Under the pieces are notes generated by a model, which saw only the letters and a program-made list of their open reading frames with translations, made no database searches and had not been told where the DNA came from. Positions 63,993 through 64,000 of a stretch of DNA of 64,000 bases are shown here, piece by piece. The stretch spans positions 1,221,966 to 1,285,965 of the forward strand of contig MU053754.1 in NCBI GenBank assembly GCA_013239625.1, read 5' to 3'. The translations under genes and the position numbers were made by a program. The DNA comes from Lama guanicoe (Eukaryota). Each line of letters begins with the position of its first letter. Within the stretch, counting starts at the first letter, position 1.

Positions 63993-64000
63993 GAGCTCGG

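Noticed and set aside
1..64000. CRISPR arrays, rRNA/tRNA genes, prokaryotic operons, intact transposase or reverse transcriptase ORFs
   Set aside because: None seen; the sequence is mammalian and all mobile elements are fragments or solo LTRs.

Overview
Mammalian genomic DNA, repeat-rich, with no intact known gene that I can recognise. The youngest repeats are L1 3' ends of the cetartiodactyl type. I saw no BovB/Bov-tA, PRE1, Can-SINE or Alu, so a camelid origin is my inference. Much of the window is old eutherian interspersed repeats (L1M, L2, MIR, MLT1/MLT2, LTR16, MER34, Tigger, MER20/58/82), named from recalled consensus sequences rather than a database search. Three structures stand out. 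(1) A minus-strand, multi-exon, phase-consistent gene relic at about 14-8715. It reads as a Kozak-ATG signal peptide, a ~110-aa beta-rich domain and a stalk built from tiny exons. It carries an apparent frameshift and in-frame stops, so it is a candidate unitary pseudogene of an unrecognised secreted or membrane protein. (2) Two neighbouring young tandem duplications (3340-bp and 2470-bp periods) with only 1-nt junction microhomology; the first duplicates the signal-peptide exon. (3) A ~1.1-kb inverted repeat pair (17831-18955 and 20301-21333 versus 31795-32944) with stepwise identity strata and a ~200-bp gene-conversion tract, datable by comparison with the tandem copy. Almost all ORFs in the supplied track look spurious.
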